NCBI GenBank assembly: GCA_021770005.1
Contig: JAETRV010000006.1
Coordinates: forward strand, 4,372 to 68,371
Direction: 5' to 3'
DNA from: Anaerotruncus sp.
GTDB taxonomy: Bacteria > Bacillota > Clostridia > Oscillospirales > Ruminococcaceae
DNA length: 64,000 bases
Each line of letters opens with the position of its first letter. The first letter of the stretch is position 1. The translations under genes and the position numbers were made by a program. Below the pieces are notes generated by a model that made no database searches, was not told where the DNA came from, and saw nothing but the letters and a program-made list of their open reading frames with translations. Of the stretch, positions 27,397 through 35,974 are shown in pieces.

Positions 27397-28341
27397 TCAA
27401 GCGGCGTTTTTCTGCCGCTCCTGTCGCTGCACCCGAACCTGAAGATCCTGGGAGAACATCTGAAGGGTGGAAAATTCGTCGTTCAGGTCGTCCAGCTGGC
27501 GGCGGAGGATACCTTCATAGTGCCGCCGCTTTTCTTCCAGCGCATCAATTTTGGCGATCCAGCGGTTCATCACCGCCGGGCTGGTGATGTTGGTGTCGAT
27601 GAAGTGCTTCACCCGTTCCTGGTAAAGCTCCACCTCCCGGCGCATGGCGATGTAGAACTCCTGGGCCATTTTGTCCCGCTGCTTCTGGTCGTCCAGCACA
27701 TACATACTGTTGACGACAAGCTGGCCGCTGTTCTGGTTGTTGGCGTTCAGGGCCTCGATGAAGTCCTCGAACAGCGTCACCTCCTGCATATGGGTGCGGG
27801 GGACAAAAAACAGCTTGCCGTGGATGGAAATAGGCAGGGCCTCCATCCGGGCAAGGAAAAGGTCGGTCAGACCTTCCACCTGTTTGCGGGTGGCACAGCG
27901 TTTATAAAGCCCGAACAATTCCTCCGCCTTCTGGCAGTAATCCCAGGGGTCCACCAGGCTGTCCACAGCCAGGTTGTCGTACCCCGTCTGCCGGTCCATC
28001 CAGAGGTTGGCCAGCTTGGTGTATTGGTTGGTGGTCTCCCCCAATTCTTCCTTCACCAGCTCCCGGCTGATGATCTGGGGGGATTTTTCGTTGTCCCGGC
28101 AGTAAATTTTGAAGATGCGACTGCCCTGGGTCTTTCGAGCCCGGATGTCCTTGGTGGCGCTGCGGAAGGCGTCCGCTTCACTTAACCGACTTCCTTTGGT
28201 GTATGGCAGATCCACCGACTGACAGAGCTGCTGCAACACCGGCTTTTCGATGAGGATCTTAGCAAGGGAGAAATACAGAATCTTTCCCAACACATCGCTG
28301 CTATCGCCCTTGACTGCCATAAAGTTGCTCATGTTCGTCAT
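27397..28341 (-). CDS. hypothetical protein with a coiled-coil C-terminus
   Basis: 314 aa with protein-like composition. Last gene of operon A. Ends ...QKNAA. Confidence 0.6.
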   Translation of the reverse strand: MTNMSNFMAVKGDSSDVLGKILYFSLAKILIEKPVLQQLCQSVDLPYTKGSRLSEADAFRSATKDIRARKTQGSRIFKIYCRDNEKSPQIISRELVKEELGETTNQYTKLANLWMDRQTGYDNLAVDSLVDPWDYCQKAEELFGLYKRCATRKQVEGLTDLFLARMEALPISIHGKLFFVPRTHMQEVTLFEDFIEALNANNQNSGQLVVNSMYVLDDQKQRDKMAQEFYIAMRREVELYQERVKHFIDTNITSPAVMNRWIAKIDALEEKRRHYEGILRRQLDDLNDEFSTLQMFSQDLQVRVQRQERQKNAA

Positions 28342-28364
28342 AGAGATACGCTCCTTTTCTTTGG

Positions 28365-29441
28365 TTATATAGATGGGATTTGCTCCACTTGTCCGGTGGA
28401 ATAGAGATGCCGGGCGTAGAGGAAATCATCGATCCCCTTAAACCGGGCGTCCCATTCCAGTGGCTCAAACAAAAGTCCGTTCTGGCGGGCGATCTTCTCC
28501 ACCTGGGAGAAGGCGTCCCGCACCTGGGGATTTTCCAGCTTGTCCATATCGTAGGCCCCCACCACCTTTTTCAGCGGCAGGCCGTTCAGTGTTTCGGGGA
28601 GGTACCGCAGGCTGTTGACCCCCGGCACGCAGACAAAGAGGGCGTCCCCCAGAAAATAGCTGGCGACATCCCCTTTGAGCCCGCCCTCGGTGACACAGGC
28701 CACCTTGCTTTGGGAGTCTCCGGTGACATGGACCCAGGTCTGGGCCTTGGTCCCCAAGGTAAAGCCCTTGGCGGGATTGCTGGAGAACCAGCGGTACTTC
28801 ATGCCGCCCTCGGCCCGGTCGGAACGGATCTGCATCCCCTGGATGTACCCGTCCTTGTTGTAGATGGGGATGAGATACCCGCCGTTTCCGGCAAAGGTCC
28901 ACGCCCCGTCCCGGAGGTAGAATCCGGGGACGCCTTTTAGCGGATAGCTGGCCGAGAGCTTGGCCGCGATCCTTTTTCTTGCGGAGTAGGAGGCCGGCAT
29001 CGAGCGATACCGGTTCTCCTTGATCCGCTCCAAGGACAGCCCTCGTTTTAAGAGCTGCTTCTGGTGAAAATCCGAAAGGGTCAGAAGGTCCAGCAGGTCG
29101 TAGTAAACATCATGGCGCAGGGCCAGAGGGGCCAGCTTTGAGGCTGGCTTTTTGGAGGGTGGGATTTTAGCGATTCCTTCCACTTTCTCCACAAGCTGGC
29201 GGTAGGCCGTTTTGTTGTCCACGCCGGTGATTTTGGCATACAGCGTGACGCTGTTGCCGCCTGTCCCGCAGCGGTGGCAGTAACAGAGATCCTCCTCGGT
29301 ATTGAGATACAGATGGTGGCTTTTGTCATCGCAAAAGGGGCACCGGGCCTGTACCTCAATATCATCCAGGGTGGACGGCTTCATCTGGAGGCCGCATAGA
29401 GCGGCAGCCTCCAGAATAGGGATGCGAATATAACCGTCCAT
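28365..29441 (-). CDS. DNA primase-like protein (CHC2 zinc finger + Toprim)
   Basis: 358 aa. CPFCDDKSHHLYLNTEEDLCYCHRCGTGG is a CHC2 finger; VTEGGLKGD and AYDMD are Toprim acidic motifs. AGGAGG RBS. Confidence 0.75.
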   Translation of the reverse strand: MDGYIRIPILEAAALCGLQMKPSTLDDIEVQARCPFCDDKSHHLYLNTEEDLCYCHRCGTGGNSVTLYAKITGVDNKTAYRQLVEKVEGIAKIPPSKKPASKLAPLALRHDVYYDLLDLLTLSDFHQKQLLKRGLSLERIKENRYRSMPASYSARKRIAAKLSASYPLKGVPGFYLRDGAWTFAGNGGYLIPIYNKDGYIQGMQIRSDRAEGGMKYRWFSSNPAKGFTLGTKAQTWVHVTGDSQSKVACVTEGGLKGDVASYFLGDALFVCVPGVNSLRYLPETLNGLPLKKVVGAYDMDKLENPQVRDAFSQVEKIARQNGLLFEPLEWDARFKGIDDFLYARHLYSTGQVEQIPSI

Positions 29442-29461
29442 GAAAAAACCTCCTAATACTC

Positions 29462-29579
29462 ATTTTCGATAAATCGAAAATACGCACGCTTCGCGTGCTG
29501 GTGTCGCTTCGCGCCACCCCGTCTCATCGAAAATCCAATCAAGCAGTTTTCGGTAAATCTGATTTTGATTGGATTTTCG
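29462..29579. repeat. cluster of four inverted repeats with TTTTCGRTAA-type motifs (candidate ori/ssi or RNA element)
   Basis: ATTTTCGAT-aa-ATCGAAAAT at 29462-29481; gcacgc-ttc-gcgtgc at 29484-29498; ggtgtcgc-ttc-gcgccacc at 29500-29518; 15-bp perfect arms cgaaaatccaatcaa (29528-29542) / ttgattggattttcg (29565-29579). Confidence 0.6.
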
Positions 29580-31425
29580 GATAACTGGCTTTTTTGAGGG
29601 GGGCGGGGGCCGACTGGCCGGGGGTCACAACAGAGAGGGGCGCATTGGGCACCACCCTGGCCAGCAAGATCTGGTCCGGCAGCTTGGGCAGTCCGGTGAT
29701 GCTCTCCACATCGTCTATAAAGACGGGGTAGCGCCGCCCGGTGAGCCGCTTCATCAGCTGGGAGACCTCCAGGCCCGCCCGCAGCTTCTCCGAATGGGAA
29801 AGCCGCCGGTAATCCCTGCCGTTAAACTGAAAGCGGAAGGCGCTTTTCAGCTCCCCGGTGGTCTTCACCAGGTCGTAGAGAGAAATTTTCACCTGGGGCA
29901 TGGAGAGGCTGGCAAAGGAAAGCTCGTTTCGCACCGCCAGATAATTGACCGCGGCGCTCATCAGCAGCTTTTTTTGCCGGATCAATTCGTCCACTTCCTT
30001 TTCGCGGGCGTCCAAATCGGGGCCCGGCCGTGCGGCGACCTTCTCCAGAGCGGCCAGTTCTTCCTCCGCCTCCTGTTTCCTGGCGTGGAGCTCGGAAAGC
30101 CGCCGCATCTCCTCATCGTCCAGGTTTCCATAGGTCAGGCTGGCGTTATGCCCTTGGATTTGGCTGTCCAGAGCAGAAAGGGCTTCTCCGTGTTCCCGAA
30201 GCTCCTGTTCCATCTTTGCCCGCTGCCCGTGCAATCGGGCCAGCAGGGCGGCGTTTTTCTCCACATCTTCCTTGTGGAATTGTTCAAAGGTTTCCTGCGC
30301 TTGCTTTTCCAGTGCGGTCAGGTCGTTCAGCTGGGAACGCAGTCCCTGGCCTCGTGAGGTGACTTCCCCCAGCTTTTTGCGAAGATTTTCCTGAGCCTGG
30401 GCTACCGCATCAGCCGGGAGCGGCTGTTTACAGGTGGGGCAGATCGCGCCTGGCTGGGTACGGGAGAGCAGGACGCTTACCTGCTTATGCTCCGCCGCCG
30501 CAGCCTGGAGCGCCGCCTGAGTCTCGGCCAAAGCAGCGGTGAATTTGCCCTCGTAGCTTTTCACCCGCAGCCGTTCCTGGGCCAGCTCCGCCTGGCGCAG
30601 CTGTTCCAGCAGTTCCGGAGGAACCTCCTCCGGCTTGTCCCGAAGCAGCTCCTCGTACCGCTGGTGCAGCCCTTCCAGCTGTTTTTCCAAGGCGGGGCGG
30701 TCGATACCGGCCTCCCTTTTCTGTTCAAGAATGCTGATCTGGGCTTCAAGCTGGGCCAGCTGTTCCTTGCCCTGGGAGATAGCTTCCCTGTTTTCCTTCT
30801 GCTGCCGGAGCAGCTGGACCTTCTGGCCCTCCAGCACCAACTTTCCTTCCTCCAGGTCCCGAATTTCTTCCCGCATGGTTTTCAGAAAGGTCTCCGGCGA
30901 CAGGAGAGAGACATTCTCTAAAAGGGTCTGTTCCGGCTCGGCGAGCCGTTCCAACACCGCCTTGTGGTCGATGAGGGGAAGGTTTTTCTGAAGGAGAGTC
31001 TGTCCATCGTTCCCCAGCGTTTCAATGAAATAGAGGGGATTGAAGATGGAGAGAAATTCGTCCCGTTCCCCGAACATTCTGGCAAGGTCGGCCTGCCGGA
31101 TGGCGTAGCCGTCCCAGGTGACCTGCATCTTGTCCCGTTTCCGGGTGCGGACCAGCTCGTGGGAAACTCCCTTGTCGTCCTTGATCCAGAGGTGAATTTC
31201 AATGTCCGGCAAAGTCTCACAGTAGAGCTTGTCGATATGGGCCCCGCCGAAGCGGTCCTGGCCGGTGACAGCAAAGGCGATGGCATCCGCCACCGAGGTC
31301 TTTCCGGCGTGATTGGCTCCGGTGACAAAGCTCACCGGGCCGAAGTCGAAGGTCTGCTCCTCCCGGAAGCACTTGAAGCCGGAGACGGATAAACTGGTGA
31401 TTTGAAACCCGCTGATTTTTTCCAT
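29539..31425 (-). CDS. Rad50/SbcC-like SMC-family ATPase with coiled coil and CxxC hook
   Basis: ORF 29539..31434; ATG 31425 has AAGGAG 8 nt upstream. Walker A GANHAGKTS, a long heptad-rich middle containing GAICPTCKQPL, and a C-terminal VFIDDVESI (Walker B/D-loop). Confidence 0.7.
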   Translation of the reverse strand: MEKISGFQITSLSVSGFKCFREEQTFDFGPVSFVTGANHAGKTSVADAIAFAVTGQDRFGGAHIDKLYCETLPDIEIHLWIKDDKGVSHELVRTRKRDKMQVTWDGYAIRQADLARMFGERDEFLSIFNPLYFIETLGNDGQTLLQKNLPLIDHKAVLERLAEPEQTLLENVSLLSPETFLKTMREEIRDLEEGKLVLEGQKVQLLRQQKENREAISQGKEQLAQLEAQISILEQKREAGIDRPALEKQLEGLHQRYEELLRDKPEEVPPELLEQLRQAELAQERLRVKSYEGKFTAALAETQAALQAAAAEHKQVSVLLSRTQPGAICPTCKQPLPADAVAQAQENLRKKLGEVTSRGQGLRSQLNDLTALEKQAQETFEQFHKEDVEKNAALLARLHGQRAKMEQELREHGEALSALDSQIQGHNASLTYGNLDDEEMRRLSELHARKQEAEEELAALEKVAARPGPDLDAREKEVDELIRQKKLLMSAAVNYLAVRNELSFASLSMPQVKISLYDLVKTTGELKSAFRFQFNGRDYRRLSHSEKLRAGLEVSQLMKRLTGRRYPVFIDDVESITGLPKLPDQILLARVVPNAPLSVVTPGQSAPAPLKKASYPKIQSKSDLPKTA

Positions 31426-31455
31426 GCTTTTCACTCCTTTGGAAATATCAGGTCC

Positions 31456-32252
31456 TTACGCGGCGATCTCATAGCTTTCCAGCAGATTGACCACCTCGTT
31501 GTTTCTGCCCCGCTGCTGATTCAGCCGCACATTCCGCAGGCAGATGCCCTGGGCCAACTGCCGGTCGTCTCCGGGCCGCAGGCAGACGATCTGCCGCCCC
31601 TGCCGGTCGCAGAGGCTGAGGGCGGTGAGTTTTCCGTCCGGGGAGAGCTTCCTGTCTTGAACGGTGTAATCGAAGGTGAAGGAGCCGGACTTGGCCGGTT
31701 GGAAGGCGGAAGGTGCTGCCGCCGGTCTGGGCGCAGCTGTTCCTTGGGGCGCCGCCTTTTGCGGTGCTGGGGCTTTCCCCTGGAGCATCTGGGTGTACCT
31801 GGCGTCCAGGGACTTGCGTCCTGTCTCGGTGATGTAACAGTTTTTCCCTTCTGTTCCACATCCACCCAGACAGCGCCCAGGGAGTAGAGGTACCGGCCAA
31901 TGCCCCACTGGACAGCGGCCCGCTTGAAGGAATCGGAAAGCCCGCCCTTCACCGGCTCGATGTCGCTGTTCTCGGCCCCGTCGGTCTTGGTGACCCACTC
32001 CTTGCGCTCCTCATCGTAGATGGAGAGGGCACAGAGCTGGGAGCCGTTGCCGATCTGGTGCCAGGGGGCAAAGGTGGTTTTCCAGTGGAAGGGCCCCACC
32101 GTTTCGTCCAGCCGCTTCTGGATGGCCCGGCTGGTGATGAAGGCCACCGCCAGCCCCCGGCTTTTGTCCTGGGTGGTCTGTTGGATGCGCCACTCCACAT
32201 CCTGCGCCTCAAAGGGGGCGGTCAATTTCTGGATCAGTTCCTGCTCATTCAT
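31456..32252 (-). CDS. Rad52/Rad22-type single-strand annealing protein; the reading frame needs a -1 shift at 31848-31842
   Basis: The N-terminal part is ORF 31521..32252 (FEAQDVEWRIQQT...GLSDSFKRAAVQWGIGRYLY). After ...VDVEQKGK the zero frame becomes Arg/Pro/Ser-rich, while the -1 frame (ORF 31456..31998) reads NCYITETGRKSLDARYTQMLQ...NLLESYEIAA. Confidence 0.65.
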
Positions 32253-32265
32253 GGGGAAACTCCTT

Positions 32266-32928
32266 TCATTTCAGAAAATCCTTCAAAGTCCGCCCGCTGG
32301 GGATGAGGACTTTTTCGTAGTAGTGATCCGGTTCCTTATCCTTCATATATTCCAGAAGATCCCGGTGCCCCAGCTTCAGCTGGTTGTTGCGTGAGGTAAA
32401 ATGGTCGTCGTTGTTGGGCATCTCCAGAATCAAGTAGGGCAGAGAGGACAGGGTGTGCAGGCTCTTGCACTCCGGCAAGACATTCCCGCCGGTACACAGG
32501 TGAAAGCCGCTGACATTGGAAAAAGGGTAGTGGAACATGGGGGTGTCCGGCGTCAGCCGGCCCTCAGCCACTACGCCCATCTGGCAGTTTTGCACCCGCA
32601 GCCCCATATGCAGGCCAAAGCGGAAAACCAGCCTTGGTAGGGGAAAATGGGGATACACGGTATTCCCATAGGTGATGTCTGCGTATCGGGCCGGGTGTTC
32701 GATGGAAACGGAACGATAGCCGTTATTTCCGGCGTCAAAGGAGATGCAGCCTGTGGGCAACAGTCCGCTTTGGACCATTTCCCGCTGCAAACTCCCCTTG
32801 ATGCACTCCACCAGGGCGTTATACCCGATGCGCTTGGTGATGATGCTCCCCTCTGAGGAGCGGCTCTCCACCTTGATGGTGGCGGAGCCTGGGTCGATGT
32901 GTAAAATCAGTTCTTGTTCGGGGTTCAT
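32266..32928 (-). CDS. E2-like (UBC-fold-like) protein, putative
   Basis: 220 aa. FHYPFSNVSGFHLCTGGN resembles the HPN...Cys active-site strip of ubiquitin-conjugating enzymes and prokaryotic E2 families. Same operon as E1 and JAB. Confidence 0.45.
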   Translation of the reverse strand: MNPEQELILHIDPGSATIKVESRSSEGSIITKRIGYNALVECIKGSLQREMVQSGLLPTGCISFDAGNNGYRSVSIEHPARYADITYGNTVYPHFPLPRLVFRFGLHMGLRVQNCQMGVVAEGRLTPDTPMFHYPFSNVSGFHLCTGGNVLPECKSLHTLSSLPYLILEMPNNDDHFTSRNNQLKLGHRDLLEYMKDKEPDHYYEKVLIPSGRTLKDFLK

Positions 32929-33539
32929 CAGGCGGCCTCCTTCCAGTTTTCCGGTCTCGGCAACGGCAGGTAGAGGACCTTCGCCTTCCGCTCCCGGTCA
33001 TACTTCCAGATCTCATACCGCAGCTCCTCCACCATATGCTTGTAATAATCGAAGATATGGGCGAGGGCTTTTAACAGAGAAAACTCCTGGTTGAACTCCG
33101 GGGAGAGGTAAAGGGTGATCCCGCTGGCCCACCGGTGGTTGACTTTCGTGCTGTAACGGTAGGTGTAATAATAGGAATATAGGCTGTCCAGCTGTTCCTC
33201 CAGCTCCGTCTTTGCCTGTTCCATATAAGGATTTCGCCGCAGGGGGACTCCTCTTTGTCTGGACCAATCCCGGCACAGGCGGTAAAAATCCATCATGCTC
33301 CGGTGGCTGAAAAACCAGCAGGTATCCATATAGGGTCCAACCTCTCGGCATTTCCAGAAGTCACAGACAGTGGTCACTCCCTCGATGATGTAGGAGTAAT
33401 AATCCTCCGCCACGATTGGCAATGCGCCGATCCCTTCCAGGTAATCCTCTTCCCTTCCGGCGTCGCTGAGGACCTTGCCGACCAGGATGGGGATGGGGAT
33501 AAGGCTCAGCTCAAAATTCTCATACTCGTAATCGTCCAT
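32928..33539 (-). CDS. hypothetical protein (aromatic-rich, 203 aa)
   Basis: GAAGGGGG RBS. Its stop overlaps the start of the E2-like gene (TGATG). Ends ...NWKEAA. Confidence 0.55.
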   Translation of the reverse strand: MDDYEYENFELSLIPIPILVGKVLSDAGREEDYLEGIGALPIVAEDYYSYIIEGVTTVCDFWKCREVGPYMDTCWFFSHRSMMDFYRLCRDWSRQRGVPLRRNPYMEQAKTELEEQLDSLYSYYYTYRYSTKVNHRWASGITLYLSPEFNQEFSLLKALAHIFDYYKHMVEELRYEIWKYDRERKAKVLYLPLPRPENWKEAA

Positions 33540-33552
33540 CCCACAGCCCCCT

Positions 33553-33858
33553 TCAGCAAAAGGCCCGCCGGAGGCTTTGGGAAATCGACCGACTGCAAAG
33601 CTGCCGGTTCATTTCCCATAAATAGAAGCGGCGATGGTAGTGGATCTTCGCCCCGTCCAGCAGGTCGTATAGGTCATCCAGGGTGAACCGGGAGTAGTCG
33701 ATTTGCTTGGGGATCAGCGGCTCTCCGTTCAAAATGGGGGAACAGACAGCTTCCATTAGGTAAGGGTCTATCTCTGCAAACTCGTTTTCGGCGGTATCCT
33801 CTGAGGTATCTTCCAGCAGCTGCCGGAAGGTCTGGGAATTTAATTCATACATTTTCAT
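33553..33858 (-). CDS. hypothetical acidic protein (101 aa)
   Basis: AAGGAG RBS directly after the methyltransferase stop. MKMYELNSQTFRQLLEDTSEDTAENEFAEIDPYL... Confidence 0.5.
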   Translation of the reverse strand: MKMYELNSQTFRQLLEDTSEDTAENEFAEIDPYLMEAVCSPILNGEPLIPKQIDYSRFTLDDLYDLLDGAKIHYHRRFYLWEMNRQLCSRSISQSLRRAFC

Positions 33859-33864
33859 TCTCCT

Positions 33865-35283
33865 TTATGCCAGCGCCTTGAAGCCGGCGGCGGTCAATAT
33901 GTGGAACACCATCTTGTTGGTCTGGGTCTCGGTGATCTCGGTCACCAGTGGTTTCCCTGTCAGGGCGTCTGTGCTGGTGACATGAGAATCGGTGAGCTGC
34001 TCCTTGACAATCCGCCCCTTGATGATATGGGGGCTGTCGCAGGGCATGAGGCCGTTAATGAGGCCGGAGCCGCCGATGAGTCCCACCTGTCCCACTGTCA
34101 GGGGGAGGGGCGGGCGCTTTTCTTTGCTATCCAGAGGACTTTGTTCCAATAGTTTTTTGAAGCTGTCCGATAGTTTTTTGAAGCTGTCCGAGGCGGCAAG
34201 CTGCCTTGCCAGCTCCGGGACATTGAACACCGCCCCCTTGAAGATGGGAACCTTCTCCGGGTGGGCGGGCAGCGGGTAGCTTTTCTCCGGCAGCTGGGTC
34301 AGCTCCGGAATTTTGTCCGCATCCTGCACCTGCCGGAGCAGGCCAGGGACCTCCTTGGAGCCATTGTCCCGTGGCTTGTGGATGCCCAGCACCGCCACCT
34401 GGCGGAACCGCTGGAACTCCGTGCCGCAGAATTTGTACACCGAGAGCCGCTCAAAGTTGTCGCAGAGGATGCGGGCGATGTCGGCGGTCAGCCGGTAATA
34501 GGGGATGATGTAGACCAGCAGGCCGCCCACCATGAGGTGGGAAAAGCTGTTTACCAGGAACCGCTTTTCATCCCGGCCGGTCTGGCCGTTCTTCCCCAGC
34601 ACCGAGAGGTAGGGGGGATTGAGGAACAGGGCGTGAAACGCCTCGTGACTGATCCGGGCGCTGAAATAGCTGCCGATGGCCACCCGGTGGAGCCTGGTCT
34701 GGGCCTCCTCCGCCCGGCGTTCGTCCAGCTCTACCCCGTAGGCGTAGCAGTTGTTGCCGGTGGCCATGAGGCGCAGGGCGATGCCGTCCCCGCAGCAGGG
34801 GTCCAGAAGGTTGGTGGTCACCCCGTCAGGAAATTCGATCCCCTTGGTGATGAGCTTCACATGGTCCGGGTCGGTGGGGTAAAATCCCATCCTCACATGG
34901 TTCATCAGCCGCCCGATGATGGCGGCGCTGGCGGTCTTATCCCCGGTATCCGGCATCCCCTTCACAAAGGCGGAGAGGGTGTCGCAAAGCCGGGAGTAGT
35001 CCGGGGTGGAAAGCTGGAACTTCGCCACCGCTTTCCCCAGGCCAAGGGCCGCAGCCGCCAGGTCGGGCAGGGAGAGGCGGCAGTCCTCCAAAGCGGCCAG
35101 CAGGCAGGCTTGATGGGAGCGCAGCGTCTGATACCAGTCCTTGGCCCCGTTGGGGTCTTTTTTCAGCTGTTTCTCAATCTTTTTCCTGGCGGCGGGCATT
35201 TCCTCCTTTGCCAGCAGGATGACCCGCTTGGACTGTTCCAGCCGGTCTACGGCGTATAGCTGCTGTTCGTTGACTTCTTCCAT
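33865..35283 (-). CDS. SAM-dependent N6-adenine (NPPY) DNA methyltransferase-like protein with a long C-terminal extension
   Basis: 472 aa. Motif I is LLDPCCGDGIAL and motif IV is LFLNPPY. Contains a 21-bp tandem duplication (SDSFKKL x2). Confidence 0.7.
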   Translation of the reverse strand: MEEVNEQQLYAVDRLEQSKRVILLAKEEMPAARKKIEKQLKKDPNGAKDWYQTLRSHQACLLAALEDCRLSLPDLAAAALGLGKAVAKFQLSTPDYSRLCDTLSAFVKGMPDTGDKTASAAIIGRLMNHVRMGFYPTDPDHVKLITKGIEFPDGVTTNLLDPCCGDGIALRLMATGNNCYAYGVELDERRAEEAQTRLHRVAIGSYFSARISHEAFHALFLNPPYLSVLGKNGQTGRDEKRFLVNSFSHLMVGGLLVYIIPYYRLTADIARILCDNFERLSVYKFCGTEFQRFRQVAVLGIHKPRDNGSKEVPGLLRQVQDADKIPELTQLPEKSYPLPAHPEKVPIFKGAVFNVPELARQLAASDSFKKLSDSFKKLLEQSPLDSKEKRPPLPLTVGQVGLIGGSGLINGLMPCDSPHIIKGRIVKEQLTDSHVTSTDALTGKPLVTEITETQTNKMVFHILTAAGFKALA

Positions 35284-35365
35284 CGTTAGAAACCTCCTAT
35301 TACAAGGAGGGGCAGGATCAGATGACCCAGCCCCTCCGATTTTTGCCCCAAATGGGTGTTTTCTT

Positions 35366-35974
35366 TTATGCCGCCAGCTCCTGAACAGGCTGGGCCTCCT
35401 CCTGGATGCGGGAAACGATGTAGCCCTTTTCCCGCAGGACTTCCAGAATGGCAGATACCAGCTCGCTATCCGGTTCCGGCTTTGGCGCAGGCTCCTTTGG
35501 CAAGGAAAGCACCGGCTTTTTGGCCGCTTTTTTCTTCGGCTTTATCATCCTGCGGAAAGGCGCAGTCAACAGCCTTTTCAGCCCGGACAGCAGCTTATTG
35601 GGGAGATACCGGCGCAGGCTCACTACCTCCTGGGCGGTGCAACTGCCGATGTTGGAGCGGTTCACCACCAGCCGCTTAGCCGAGACCTCCAGCGCCTGGA
35701 CAAAGTTCTTGGCGCAGAGAGTTCCTCTGGCCTTGCAGGTGGTGGCGTACAGTTCCCCAAAGGCCCCGCCGCCGATCTCCTCCTCCCGGATAAAGCCGGT
35801 ACGGAGGTTGACGGTATCCGCCTCCAGGCGGCGGGCGTCTACGATTCCCCGGCCCAGAAGCCGCCGAACCTTGAGGGTCCCGTTTACCTTCAGAACACCG
35901 TTGACAACCAGAGTATCCGTGGAAAGGATGCTGTAAAGGGCTGTCTTCCCCTTTTCGATGGTAATGGTTTTCAT
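35366..35974 (-). CDS. hypothetical protein: N-terminal beta-rich repeat region (bactofilin-like impression only), Lys/Pro linker, small C-terminal domain
   Basis: 202 aa. ATGA overlap with the E1 stop. LVVNGVLKVNGTLKVRRLLGRGIVDARRLEADTVNL... Ends ...VQELAA. Confidence 0.5.
   Translation of the reverse strand: MKTITIEKGKTALYSILSTDTLVVNGVLKVNGTLKVRRLLGRGIVDARRLEADTVNLRTGFIREEEIGGGAFGELYATTCKARGTLCAKNFVQALEVSAKRLVVNRSNIGSCTAQEVVSLRRYLPNKLLSGLKRLLTAPFRRMIKPKKKAAKKPVLSLPKEPAPKPEPDSELVSAILEVLREKGYIVSRIQEEAQPVQELAA

Noticed and set aside
31521-31840. The zero-frame tail of the Rad52-like ORF (…TVTSPRQDASPWTPGTPRCSRGKPQHRKRRRPKEQL…) as the true C-terminus.
   Set aside because: Its composition is typical of off-frame translation, while the -1 frame gives a plausible domain and a stop 22 nt before the next gene's RBS region.
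35366-35974. Calling the 202-aa protein a bactofilin.
   Set aside because: It gives only an impression of short beta-strand repeats. No defining motif can be verified by eye, so I keep it as hypothetical.
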